A DNA stretch of 64,000 bases from NCBI GenBank assembly GCA_963667725.2, contig CAXXHO010000003.1, positions 576,001-640,000 of the forward strand. The letters run 5' to 3'. Shown here piece after piece: positions 18,814 to 28,059 of the stretch. The stretch is from Treponemataceae bacterium (GTDB lineage Bacteria > Spirochaetota > Spirochaetia > Treponematales > Rectinemataceae). Under the pieces are notes generated by a model. The model was not told the DNA's origin, did no database searches, and worked only from the letters and a program-made list of their open reading frames with translations. Numbering within the stretch: the stretch's first letter is position 1; each line of letters starts with the position of its first letter. The translations under genes and the position numbers were made by a program.

Positions 18814-19149
18814 GTGATCGTGCTGGAAAACTTGACGGAAATGCTGAAAGGCGTGCTGGAGGGCTGCGTTCTTGAAATCATAAGCCGGGGAGAAACCTAC
18901 GGTTATGAAATCACGCGGCGGCTGAACGCTCTCGGCTTTACCGATGTCGTAGAAGGAACGGTCTATACGATTTTGGTGCGGCTAGAGAAGAATGAGCTCG
19001 TGGACATGGAAAAAAGACCATCCGATATGGGGCCGCCGCGCAAGTTTTTCGCGCTGAACGACGCGGGGCGCAAAGAACTGCGGAAGTTCTGGGAAAAATG
19101 GGAGTTCTTGTCATCGAAATTGGGCGAACTGAAGGAGAGTAAATTATGA
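18814..19149 (+). CDS. PadR family regulator
   Basis: MLKGVLEGCVL, YGYEI, EGTVY..L.RLEK, GPPRK. Confidence 0.92.
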   Translation: MIVLENLTEMLKGVLEGCVLEIISRGETYGYEITRRLNALGFTDVVEGTVYTILVRLEKNELVDMEKRPSDMGPPRKFFALNDAGRKELRKFWEKWEFLSSKLGELKESKL

Positions 19150-19493
19150 ATTTTTGGGAAAAAATCACCGGCAGCGACATGGATAAAGCGTTGAAGGCTT
19201 TTGAGTCGCGAGCCCAAAAACTGCCCGCCGATTATCAGGCGGCATGGGTAAAAATAAAAGCCAATCTGTGGCCGCGTTCGGATTTCACCGGGCGCAACCT
19301 CATGCCCATCATCGACGGCGTGTTGGGCCTGCTCGAAGAAACGGCGGCGGAGGGGCAGAGTGTCCAAGAGGTGTTGGGCGACGATATCCAAGGCTTCTGT
19401 TCAGCGCTTGTCGGCGAAGAAGGGGCCAAGTCTTTCCAGGACAAGTGGCGAGCGCAACTCAACCACGCTATCGCCAAAAAATTAGGCAAATAG
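19146..19493 (+). CDS. DUF1048 family protein
   Basis: RAQKLPADY, LLEETAAEG.SV.EV.G.DI..FC. Confidence 0.85.
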   Translation: MNFWEKITGSDMDKALKAFESRAQKLPADYQAAWVKIKANLWPRSDFTGRNLMPIIDGVLGLLEETAAEGQSVQEVLGDDIQGFCSALVGEEGAKSFQDKWRAQLNHAIAKKLGK

Positions 19494-19502
19494 GAGAATA
19501 CA

Positions 19503-19853
19503 ATGAGCATGCGCGATATCATCGAAGGGAAAAAAGAGTGGCGAGCCCATGTGGCGCGCGTCAAAGCGCTTCCGAAAGACTATCGGATCGTCTATAAGGA
19601 AATTCAAAAATATCTCTTCAAGGTCGGCCCTGTAGAGTTGGCCGAAGGGACGAATTTACTTTCGGGGATCATGGATCTTTTTGAGGAGGGCGCGGCTTCG
19701 GGCAAGGGCGTGCTTGAAGTGACGGGTTGCGACGTGGCGGCTTTCTGCGACGATCTGATCAAGGGCTTGAAAACCTACGCCGAGATTTATCAGGAATCTA
19801 TCGACCAGGACGTGAACAAGGTCATGAAAAAAACAATGGATAAAACAGAATAA
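19503..19853 (+). CDS. DUF1048 family protein
   Basis: RVKALPKDY, DLFEEGAASGK.VLEVTG.DVAAFCD. Confidence 0.85.
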   Translation: MSMRDIIEGKKEWRAHVARVKALPKDYRIVYKEIQKYLFKVGPVELAEGTNLLSGIMDLFEEGAASGKGVLEVTGCDVAAFCDDLIKGLKTYAEIYQESIDQDVNKVMKKTMDKTE

Positions 19854-19896
19854 AAGAGGGATATCAGATTACATGCTTCTTTTACATCTGTAAAAT

Positions 19897-19930
19897 AAAA
19901 GAGGCCGCCCAACTTTTTGGACAGCCTTTT
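19897..19930. terminator. Probable bidirectional terminator between convergent operons
   Basis: A-run, GAGGCCGCCC...GGACAGCCT stem, T-run. Confidence 0.6.
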
Positions 19931-19949
19931 GATTTATAGGATTACAATT

Positions 19950-20720
19950 TTATGATAACGAACCTGCTGCCCACCTGCTCATCCGCTGCCAAAACTCCGC
20001 GTAAGCCGGCCACTCCAGGAAACTTCCTGCCCAATGTGGTCCGACATCGGTAGCGCATATTATTGAGCGCCCTTTGCCAACTTTTCTTGTGGCGATTTGG
20101 GGATCTCCTCTATAGGAAGCAACAAGGTGTGCATCGTTTCGAAGGTGTGTTTTATTATACCCGAGGAACATATATGGTTTATCCCAAGGCAAACCTTTTA
20201 CGATCGGATGCTCTGGGTCATCGAGTTGAAACTGATATCCCTGGGTGATCTCCATTCGATCATCCACGCCACGAGGTTCGCAAGTGACAGGCATGATTTC
20301 TTCTATTTTAGTGCCGCCCCACAACCCTTTGCCTTGGATGCCAGAAAAACTCATCCAACCTCCAATCATCATGAAGCCTCCGCCTTGGATGACGTAATCG
20401 TGGAGTCCTTGAATACGATCTGGCCCCATTGGAATCTTAAGGGCACCAGTATTCCCAGGTTGAAAGTTGACGCTATTGAATCCGAGATCACTTAGAATCA
20501 CACAATCATACTTCTTGAATTCGTCGACTGTGGATGGTATATCCCTGGTTGCTTCACTCGACCTGATATGTTCTAACTTAATGTCTGGAGCGACATTTAG
20601 TGCATCCCTCAGGTAGTGTGCCGAGTCGCTATAATATGTGAATGTCCAGCTGTCGATTCCCTTACTCGACGTTTGCACGTTCACCTGAGTGTCGCCAATG
20701 TACAAAACCTTGATACTCAC
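19950..20720 (-). CDS. Glutamine amidotransferase-like protein (GATase1-like/DUF1355)
   Basis: YDCVILSD, GGGFMMIGGWMSFSG, HPIV.GL, FLGYN, DVGPHW; GTG after GGAGGT. Confidence 0.8.
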   Translation of the reverse strand: MSIKVLYIGDTQVNVQTSSKGIDSWTFTYYSDSAHYLRDALNVAPDIKLEHIRSSEATRDIPSTVDEFKKYDCVILSDLGFNSVNFQPGNTGALKIPMGPDRIQGLHDYVIQGGGFMMIGGWMSFSGIQGKGLWGGTKIEEIMPVTCEPRGVDDRMEITQGYQFQLDDPEHPIVKGLPWDKPYMFLGYNKTHLRNDAHLVASYRGDPQIATRKVGKGRSIICATDVGPHWAGSFLEWPAYAEFWQRMSRWAAGSLS

Positions 20721-20790
20721 TTCACACCTCCCTATGCAATTTAGATAACATGAATACCTATTTCGCCAACGCAAAAAGATTTATAAGCAA

Positions 20791-21567
20791 TTAGAGCACT
20801 GAGGACAGAAACGCTTTTGTACGCGCATTAACTGGATTAGCAAGCATAGCTTTAGGTTTTCCCTGCTCCGCGATGATTCCTTCATCCATGAAAACCAAAG
20901 TGTCCCCGACTTCTCTCGCAAAACCTATCTCATGAGTGACTACTATCATGGTCATGCCATCAACAGCGAGATCATGCATGACTTGCAGTACTTCTCCCAC
21001 AAGTTCTGGGTCTAGGGCTGAAGTGGCTTCGTCGAAGAGCATGATTTCCGGTTCCATCGCTAGAGCTCTCGCTATCGCTACCCTTTGCTGCTGCCCTCCT
21101 GAGAGCTGAAGAGGGTAGGAGTTGAATTTCTCAGCAAGGCCAACCTTAGCTAGAAGAGTATGCGCCCGAGCCAATGCTTTATCTTGAAGTTCACCTTTCA
21201 CTATATGTGGTCCAATCGCGACATTCTCAGCTGCCGTCATATGCGGGTATAGATTAAAATGTTGAAACACCATACCGACTTTAACACGAAACGCAGCTGC
21301 TTCTTTTTCGTCCCATTCCTTGAGTTTGTTCCCATGTTCCGCATACCCTACAAGCTGACCTTTGAACAGCAATGCTCCGCTGTCAATCTTCTCAAGAAAA
21401 TTGACGCAACGCAGAAAAGTGCTCTTCCCTCCCCCTGAAGGACCGATAATACAGACTGTTTCGCCTTCTTTAACCGTAAGGTTAAGCCCCTTTAGAACTT
21501 TTAATGGACCAAAACTCTTGCTAACATTTCTCGCCTCGAGAAGCGGTTTTTCACCCACGAATCTCAC
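20791..21567 (-). CDS. Polar amino acid ABC transporter ATP-binding protein
   Basis: [38 protein letters not shown]. Confidence 0.93.
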   Translation of the reverse strand: MRFVGEKPLLEARNVSKSFGPLKVLKGLNLTVKEGETVCIIGPSGGGKSTFLRCVNFLEKIDSGALLFKGQLVGYAEHGNKLKEWDEKEAAAFRVKVGMVFQHFNLYPHMTAAENVAIGPHIVKGELQDKALARAHTLLAKVGLAEKFNSYPLQLSGGQQQRVAIARALAMEPEIMLFDEATSALDPELVGEVLQVMHDLAVDGMTMIVVTHEIGFAREVGDTLVFMDEGIIAEQGKPKAMLANPVNARTKAFLSSVL

Positions 21568-22507
21568 TCTCCTTTTTCAAGTGCTCCAGCGCACTCTGTG
21601 CCCTCGAGGAGCTGAACACATGCTCGCGAATAAAATCGGATAACTTTACCCCCGAGGATGAAGACCCTGCGCCGAATTTTTTCTCTATAAAATACTGTCC
21701 TATGCTCGCCACAGAAGTTCCAACCAAGTACCATAGACTGGCGACGATCAATAATTCGACTACAAGGAATGTTTTCGCATAGATATTTTCTGTGACGGTA
21801 AGCAGGTCTTGCGCCGCGATTACAGAAGCAATTGAAGTTGTTTTAAGCATGCCAATCGCTTGGTTACCCGTTGGTGGAAGTATCACGCGTAACGCTTGGG
21901 GAATAATGATATACCTCATGGCCTGCCTACGAGTTAGCCCTGTAGCGAGTGCGGCATCCATTTGTCCGTGCGATACGGAGAGTATCCCGCCTCGTACAAT
22001 CTCAGCCATGTAGGCACCTTCATTCAGTCCCAGGGCGAGAATCGCTGCGCCGAATGTAGTGATTAGTTTGTTCGTATCAACACTGAATGCTCCAATGCCG
22101 ATCCGCGGGAATATAAGCGCCATGTTATACCAAAAAATTAGCTGTACAAGCACTGGTGTTCCACGAAATGCCCAAATATATACGCCACTCGTTGTTCTAA
22201 GGACAGTATTAGGCGAAAGTCTCATGAGCGCTAGAATAACGCCCAGCGCCATACCGATTACCATTGCCAACACAGTGAGTTCAAGAGTTACACCAAGCCC
22301 CCTTAAAACGGCGCTATCAAAAATGTAGACGCCCATTTTTGACCACTTGATGTTGGGGTTTGAGGCAACCATACCTAACAAGCACACTCCAAACAGAAGG
22401 ACTATCGCCGCAGCGATCCAACTCCCCCATGGTTTGGTTCGTACGTACTTCAACTGTGACTTATCTTTTAAAAGCTCTTTATCCTCAGAGTTCATTGGAG
22501 CTGCCAT
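21551..22507 (-). CDS. Polar amino acid ABC transporter permease
   Basis: [25 protein letters not shown]. Confidence 0.92.
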   Translation of the reverse strand: MAAPMNSEDKELLKDKSQLKYVRTKPWGSWIAAAIVLLFGVCLLGMVASNPNIKWSKMGVYIFDSAVLRGLGVTLELTVLAMVIGMALGVILALMRLSPNTVLRTTSGVYIWAFRGTPVLVQLIFWYNMALIFPRIGIGAFSVDTNKLITTFGAAILALGLNEGAYMAEIVRGGILSVSHGQMDAALATGLTRRQAMRYIIIPQALRVILPPTGNQAIGMLKTTSIASVIAAQDLLTVTENIYAKTFLVVELLIVASLWYLVGTSVASIGQYFIEKKFGAGSSSSGVKLSDFIREHVFSSSRAQSALEHLKKESEIRG

Positions 22508-22631
22508 GATGAATCCTTTTCACGCACACGTCATCGGCCTCTTCTCTACTTGAGGTCAGTCTTTTCTAATCCGTTGCCATCCGAGCCTCAAGCAGTAGAT
22601 GCATATGCACCCCTGCTTGAGCCAGATAAAC

Positions 22632-23108
22632 TTACATTCTTTGAACGCGTAACATTTTTGGGCCGTCATCTGACCTAATTCGCGCACACTGTTCCGCAAA
22701 CGCCTCAAGACCTTCAATAATATGAGCCCAAACAGTGATAGGGCGTATACCAAGCGATGAATCGAAAGTCACTTCTCGACCGTAGACGAAAGCAAAATCC
22801 CACACCTCATCGCGCTTTCCTCTTTCGTCATGAGGTGGGCAATATAACCAGCCGATGTCCCCAGCAGACGGATAAGCTGTTGCGTTTTCTCGTGGGAGAA
22901 CTTTAGGATTAAAAGTACGATTCACCATAGGGAAGTTTGGGATGAAAACTTCTCTACCCGCATACATCGCATGTATCGCCTTTGCTTCAAGCGGTACAGC
23001 GAGCGCGCCCCATAATGCCTCACATGTTTGGGGGGCATCCTCGTCCTCAAGTTCTGCGATGGCCTTTACTTTCGTTCCAAGGACCTCGATGGAAATTCGG
23101 CGACTCAT
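22632..23108 (-). CDS. DUF3830 family (cyclophilin-like fold) protein
   Basis: APQTCEALW..L, HAMYAGREV, ENATAYPSAGD, FVYGR. Confidence 0.7.
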   Translation of the reverse strand: MSRRISIEVLGTKVKAIAELEDEDAPQTCEALWGALAVPLEAKAIHAMYAGREVFIPNFPMVNRTFNPKVLPRENATAYPSAGDIGWLYCPPHDERGKRDEVWDFAFVYGREVTFDSSLGIRPITVWAHIIEGLEAFAEQCARIRSDDGPKMLRVQRM

Positions 23109-23173
23109 TATTACTCCTTTCGTATACATGATGTTCATTAATCTCAATTACAAAATCACTTTATCCTTTTCCG

Positions 23174-23201
23174 AGCCCCGCAGTTTAGGGACTGCGGGGC
23201 T
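23174..23201. other. Perfect 11-bp hairpin downstream of the SBP gene
   Basis: AGCCCCGCAGT-TTAGGG-ACTGCGGGGCT. Confidence 0.75.
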
Positions 23202-23220
23202 TCATAGCTTTAGAGTCGTT

Positions 23221-24102
23221 CTAGCCATTCGGCTGAGCGTACTTCGCGCCGTCATTGACCCACGGAACAGCGATCATCCCACCTTCCAAACCCCACTTTG
23301 TGAGGATCTGCTCATAGGCTCCACTAGCCATCAGACGTTGCATAGCCTGTTCAATACAAAGTAGTAATGCAGGATTGTTTTTCGATATGCCAATGGCATT
23401 ATAACCCGCGCCATAAAGTGTCTTCAGAAGAACTGTAAGTCCTGTGTCCGCGTTGTGCTTTACATAGTAGTTCGACGTACCAGCCATGCTTAATGTCGCT
23501 TCCGCACGTCCTGATCTCACCGCAAGGTTCGCTTCATTCTGATTCGGGTAGACCTGAATGTCGATTTTCTTCACGTTCTTTTGATTGCGCTGTTCGACCA
23601 GCCCCTGCATAACACTTCCGCGGAGCACCGCTACTGAACGGCCATCAAGATCTTCAATCGTCTGGATATTCTTCGGATTACCCTCTTTGACAACGACCGC
23701 ATTGCCCTCAACTGAGTAGTTTACAAAGTTGATTTGTTGCTCACGAGCAGGAGTATCTCCCATACTTGAAATGGACATGTCAAAACGGCCCGCCAGGATA
23801 GCTGGGATGATTCCAGGAAAAGCTATGGCGGTAAATTCAACTTTGAGTCCGAGTACCTGGCCGATCCCAAGAGCCAAATCGATGTCTCCACCCGTAATCG
23901 TTTTATTGTCCTCTGCATACATCGTGTAGGGAGGCGATCCTGCACTGGTCGCTACTTTGAGGACTCCTGATTTCTGCAAGTCGGTAGGGAGTAGATCATG
24001 GAGGGCTTGATTAAACTTGACCTCGATAGCAGGGGTTGGAGCGGCGAACAAAAAAGCGTTCGCTACTACCATAAGCAGCATTACCATCACCACTCTTTTC
24101 AT
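23221..24102 (-). CDS. Polar amino acid ABC substrate-binding protein (SBP_bac_3)
   Basis: Signal peptide, PPY, G.DIDL, DT.AR, G.Y.QIL.KWG. Confidence 0.9.
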   Translation of the reverse strand: MKRVVMVMLLMVVANAFLFAAPTPAIEVKFNQALHDLLPTDLQKSGVLKVATSAGSPPYTMYAEDNKTITGGDIDLALGIGQVLGLKVEFTAIAFPGIIPAILAGRFDMSISSMGDTPAREQQINFVNYSVEGNAVVVKEGNPKNIQTIEDLDGRSVAVLRGSVMQGLVEQRNQKNVKKIDIQVYPNQNEANLAVRSGRAEATLSMAGTSNYYVKHNADTGLTVLLKTLYGAGYNAIGISKNNPALLLCIEQAMQRLMASGAYEQILTKWGLEGGMIAVPWVNDGAKYAQPNG

Positions 24103-24301
24103 GTCAAACCTCCTTAAATACGGAATACATTGTTTCTCTACGCTCCCTTTCTACTTGAGCGATAAACCCTGTATAAATCATGATTATCTATCTGTCAAGT
24201 ACAAAAAGTAGTTATTTTGCATTCAATTATCTTTTATTATTGCATACATCATACTTATATATTGCCTTTAATCTAAATTTATAGTATATAAACTAAAGAG
24301 T

Positions 24302-24988
24302 ATGGAAAAAATTAATGAAGCGGATTCGTCTAATCAACCTCTCACCAACAAGGCATACTTGTGTATAAAAGACCTAATCATGTCATACGCGCTCAAGCCT
24401 GGTGAGGTGCTCTCCGAGATCGAATTGGCACGGAAGCTTAAAATGAGCCGAACTCCAATCCATCAAGCATTGCTTCATCTTAAAAGAGATGGGTTTTTGG
24501 AAGATTCACCAGGAGTCGGATGGAAGGTCTACTCGTTATCGATTGCGGATATACGGGAAATTTTTGCCGCTAAAATCGCAATCGAAAATATCATCATGGA
24601 AGAGGCTGCTTTAAACAAGGACGCAAACAAGGAAGGTGTTCGGCATTGCTTGGAGCGGATGCAAGAGGCAGCCTCAGATAGAGACATCGACAGATGGATT
24701 AAACTCGATCACGAACTTCATGATAACATCAATGCATTGGCCAGCAATTCAAGAGCGGTCAGGATATCTGAAGGCCTGAGCGAGCAACTGTATCGGTTTC
24801 AAAGCCGATTCCCCCCGTTGGACTTGGCACAGCGTCAACGAGAGCATGTCACCATAGTCGACTGCATCTGCTCAGGGGATGCTGAAGGAGCGAAATTTAA
24901 CCATGCGAACAATCTCATTCAATTGTGTGAGGAGATAGAGTACATCCTTCGTAAGATGGTTTTTCCGTTGACAAATGACCTCGTATAA
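24302..24988 (+). CDS. GntR family regulator
   Basis: LKPGE.LSE.ELA...MSRTP HTH and FCD domain; divergent from the ABC operon. Confidence 0.9.
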   Translation: MEKINEADSSNQPLTNKAYLCIKDLIMSYALKPGEVLSEIELARKLKMSRTPIHQALLHLKRDGFLEDSPGVGWKVYSLSIADIREIFAAKIAIENIIMEEAALNKDANKEGVRHCLERMQEAASDRDIDRWIKLDHELHDNINALASNSRAVRISEGLSEQLYRFQSRFPPLDLAQRQREHVTIVDCICSGDAEGAKFNHANNLIQLCEEIEYILRKMVFPLTNDLV

Positions 24989-25097
24989 AGGTTTAGGTAT
25001 ATGGAGTTATGAAATAAATCCGATCTCTGGCTACTAGAGAATCAGCTAAATACAAAATTTTACATAAAATGTCTACTTAAGGCATGGCGGCTTGACG

Positions 25098-26144
25098 TTA
25101 TCGGGCATTTTTAATGGTTCCGATATTTATCTTGAATATCATGTTCCTTAAAAAAGAATTGTAGATAAAGAGTCCCTTGATGTTTTTCATGAAGATATTT
25201 ATCCGAAGGCCGAGGATGCCTCTGTCGTACTTCTTGATATCGAAGGCGGAGGCCTCTTGCAGCGTTTTGGCCAGCGTATAGGCGCTTCGATAGGCGTAGC
25301 TCAATCCTTCCGACGAGCTTGGGCTGATAAGTCCGGCGGCTTCGCCTATCAACGCGACGCCGCCCTGGCCGGTTTTTATGTCCCTCAATCGCGGGCGCAG
25401 CAGATAGCATGCGTCCAGCCTTACTGGATCCCCCAAGCTATAGCCGTATGAAACCACTTCCTCGATCAATTTTTTGTACTTCTGTTTGGCGTTATTCCTT
25501 TCGTCAAAGGCGCCTCCGACCAGAACGGTGTCGCCCTTCGGTATCAGCCAAGAGTAAAAATCGCTTATGCCCCGGTCGAAAAACACGGCATAGTGGTTGA
25601 TGGATGTTTCCAGCTTATATTCTCCCTGAATTGCCAGATACTTTCTTATTTTGTGAAAATCGTCGTAGAGAGCTTTCCTCACCGATGAATGGGCGCCATC
25701 GGCGCCCACCAGGACGCTGCATGAATGTTCCGCCACTTCTCCGTTTTGTCGTATGGATACGATGATTTCGCCATTCTCTTGCCTATGCCCTAAATACTGC
25801 CCCCCGGCCATGTGCTTCACGTTGCTGGGCAATTTCTTGATAAGGTATTGATCGAGAAGCCTTCTGTTTATATTGGTGTAATGTCTTTGGTATTTGCCCT
25901 CGCGATTGGTCTCAAGGTCGATGGACCTGACGTAGAAGAGCTGTGGATCGGATATTATTTCCTTGGGAATGCCAAGGTCGAAGCGCGCGAGCATTTTCTG
26001 CGCGTCGGGCGCCACAAGACCACCGCAGCATTTTTCACGATCCGTGCTTTTTTCCACGAGAAGTATATTTAGGTGTCGTTCCGCCAATCGCGCGAAAGTC
26101 GCGCCGGCAGGACCCGCGCCAATAATGATAATATCAAACATCAT
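25098..26144 (-). CDS. FAD-dependent oxidoreductase (CbrA/geranylgeranyl reductase family)
   Basis: IIGAGPAG, KCCGGL.APDAQK, VGADGAHSSVR, YSWLIPK, IGEAAGLISPSS.EG.SYA. Confidence 0.85.
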   Translation of the reverse strand: MMFDIIIIGAGPAGATFARLAERHLNILLVEKSTDREKCCGGLVAPDAQKMLARFDLGIPKEIISDPQLFYVRSIDLETNREGKYQRHYTNINRRLLDQYLIKKLPSNVKHMAGGQYLGHRQENGEIIVSIRQNGEVAEHSCSVLVGADGAHSSVRKALYDDFHKIRKYLAIQGEYKLETSINHYAVFFDRGISDFYSWLIPKGDTVLVGGAFDERNNAKQKYKKLIEEVVSYGYSLGDPVRLDACYLLRPRLRDIKTGQGGVALIGEAAGLISPSSSEGLSYAYRSAYTLAKTLQEASAFDIKKYDRGILGLRINIFMKNIKGLFIYNSFLRNMIFKINIGTIKNAR

Positions 26145-27508
26145 TTCAAGTACTCTATCGCCTTCTCATATACGGGATCGGTTCCGCTTTTCAGGTCCTC
26201 GATTGTTTCATAAACCCTGATATTGGGCAATATCGAAGCGCCTTCCTTGGCGAGCATTTCTTTATTGGCTCTTGCCCAGATATAGTGGGTTGTCGCGAAC
26301 TTTATTTTCGTATACGGCAAGGTGATAGGATCGGACATGAAACCATAGCGTATGGAACCGTTACCCACTTGATCGCCTATGATGATTCCCAAATCATTGT
26401 CTTTGATCGCGACGACGAAAAAAGTAGCCGAGCTGAATGTTTGACGACTCGTCAAAACCACGATTTTCCCCGTAAAGGAAAGTTCGCTGTTTTTAGGCAC
26501 CATAGGCCAAAGCCCTTTGGAAACTTGAACATTTCCATGCGGATAATTGGATTTCCAGCCATCGTAGACATAGAGATCCCTAGGCTTATCGATGATATAC
26601 GAAAGAAATTCATTGCACCAGAAGCTGTTTCCTCCGGAATTATTCCTTAGATCAAGAATAAGGGAGGCTGCTTTATTCTTTTGCGCGAAAGCGAATGCTT
26701 CATGCCAAAACTCAACATAGCCTGATTGAGGCAAAGAATTAAGCTGCACATACAAACTGTTCGAATCTGGAATAATGGCATACGTATTTCCGGGCTTTAT
26801 TTCAGTGGTATCGTTTCGGAATCTTGCCGGAATAGCGTATGCGCTTGAGGCAGAAGGGAAGGTACACCCTAAGGTAATATTCCTTTTCTCACCATTTTGC
26901 ACCACAGTAAGCTCAACTTCCTCTCTCTCGTTCATCAAGCCCAAGTGAAGAAGAAGGAAATTGGATAGCATCAGGTCAGGGCTATACATTTTCTTATAGT
27001 CATCCTGGCCTATATCCGCGGCTATAAACTGATTGGCGACTTTTTCGATATCTCCCACTAGCTTGCCGGATATGGCTACAATTTCTGAATACAGAATATC
27101 GGCGGCTGAGGGATCGGTAATAGAAGTAATCACAAGCTTTTTATTGAACCACCAAGCGCCAATACCCATAGATTTTCCAACCGATGTATTAATTCTCGTG
27201 TGTCCGTCTTGCAATGAAGTGATGAATGGAGCGATTTCGTAATAGAAATCAGAGGCATTACTGATATTCTTAAGCTTTTGCGCAGTCGTAGCGACTAGCT
27301 CGTCATAATCATGAAATGAAGTAGTCTGCAAGGGAGTCTTGTAAAAACCGGCATGGTTTTTACGAATGTAATCAGCAAGAATCAAGAAATCCTTCTGGTA
27401 AGGGTTTTCTGCATCAATTTCTTTTACGACATATGGATTTGACTTACAGGAAGATAAAATAACAAGCAGGACTATTAGAGAAAGAGTGATCCTTGATTGC
27501 ATTGGCAT
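26141..27508 (-). CDS. S41 family peptidase, lipoprotein
   Basis: Lipobox ILSSC, DGHT, LDLRNNSGG, TFSSA; GGAGGA RBS. Confidence 0.85.
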   Translation of the reverse strand: MPMQSRITLSLIVLLVILSSCKSNPYVVKEIDAENPYQKDFLILADYIRKNHAGFYKTPLQTTSFHDYDELVATTAQKLKNISNASDFYYEIAPFITSLQDGHTRINTSVGKSMGIGAWWFNKKLVITSITDPSAADILYSEIVAISGKLVGDIEKVANQFIAADIGQDDYKKMYSPDLMLSNFLLLHLGLMNEREEVELTVVQNGEKRNITLGCTFPSASSAYAIPARFRNDTTEIKPGNTYAIIPDSNSLYVQLNSLPQSGYVEFWHEAFAFAQKNKAASLILDLRNNSGGNSFWCNEFLSYIIDKPRDLYVYDGWKSNYPHGNVQVSKGLWPMVPKNSELSFTGKIVVLTSRQTFSSATFFVVAIKDNDLGIIIGDQVGNGSIRYGFMSDPITLPYTKIKFATTHYIWARANKEMLAKEGASILPNIRVYETIEDLKSGTDPVYEKAIEYLK

Positions 27509-27522
27509 TATTCCTCCAATTT

Positions 27523-27582
27523 TCTTAGCTACTATTTAACCTGCGAAGCTACAGACTGAGTTAGGTTAAGTCATGGTTAGGC
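27523..27582 (-). mobile_element. Degenerate short attC site (60 bp)
   Basis: Minus strand GCCTAAC-CATGA-CTTAACC...GCAGGTTAAA-TAGTA-GCTAAGA; shares TTAACCTGCGAAGC with the long attC. Confidence 0.7.
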
Positions 27583-27884
27583 TGCTCAAGATAATCAACC
27601 GATTTACCCATGCGAAGTGCATAATCAATCTCGCTTCTTGTTGACGATCCAATATACCCACCGACGTTTATAACGAAAACACCGTCAGCCATGTCGATTT
27701 TACGCTTATGCATATCATCAAGCATGATCTTTTGTTCGTCATTTATTGTGTCGCCGGAGTGCCCGAAAAGTCCGACAGACACAACTATGACACCGTCAAG
27801 CGTTAATCTCTTCTGTTGTTCAATAAATTGTTCTTTAAAGCGTGTACTTCCGCAAAGCGTTATGATTTTATATTTTCCAATCAT
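27561..27884 (-). CDS. Small cassette protein, probable nucleoside deoxyribosyltransferase-like fold
   Basis: ITLCGSTRF, H.RKIDMAD...VINVGGYIGSST.SEI.YA; bounded by GTTAGGC and GCCTAAC. Confidence 0.7.
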   Translation of the reverse strand: MIGKYKIITLCGSTRFKEQFIEQQKRLTLDGVIVVSVGLFGHSGDTINDEQKIMLDDMHKRKIDMADGVFVINVGGYIGSSTRSEIDYALRMGKSVDYLEQPNHDLT

Positions 27885-27943
27885 TTTTTTTCCTTTACGA
27901 GTTATCCGAGCTTTTGCTGTATGCGAAACGTGGCAGAGCGTCC

Positions 27944-28056
27944 GCCTAACATTGGCTTAACCTGCGAAGCGTAATGGCGCGATTCTTGCCGAGGAGCGTA
28001 GCGACGACTAACAAGAATCGTGACATAGCTGAGTCAGGTTGAAGCAGTTGTTAGAA
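27944..28056 (-). mobile_element. Integron attC site (113 bp)
   Basis: Minus strand R'' TTCTAAC, L'' CTTCAACC (extra base), stem CGATTCTTG/CAAGAATCG, L' GGTTAAG, R' GTTAGGC; begins a few nt after the upstream stop codon. Confidence 0.9.
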
Positions 28057-28059
28057 AGA

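Noticed and set aside
25060..25100. Closing attC after the CbrA-like gene (GATAAC at the stop)
   Set aside because: No L boxes and no matching GTT arm.
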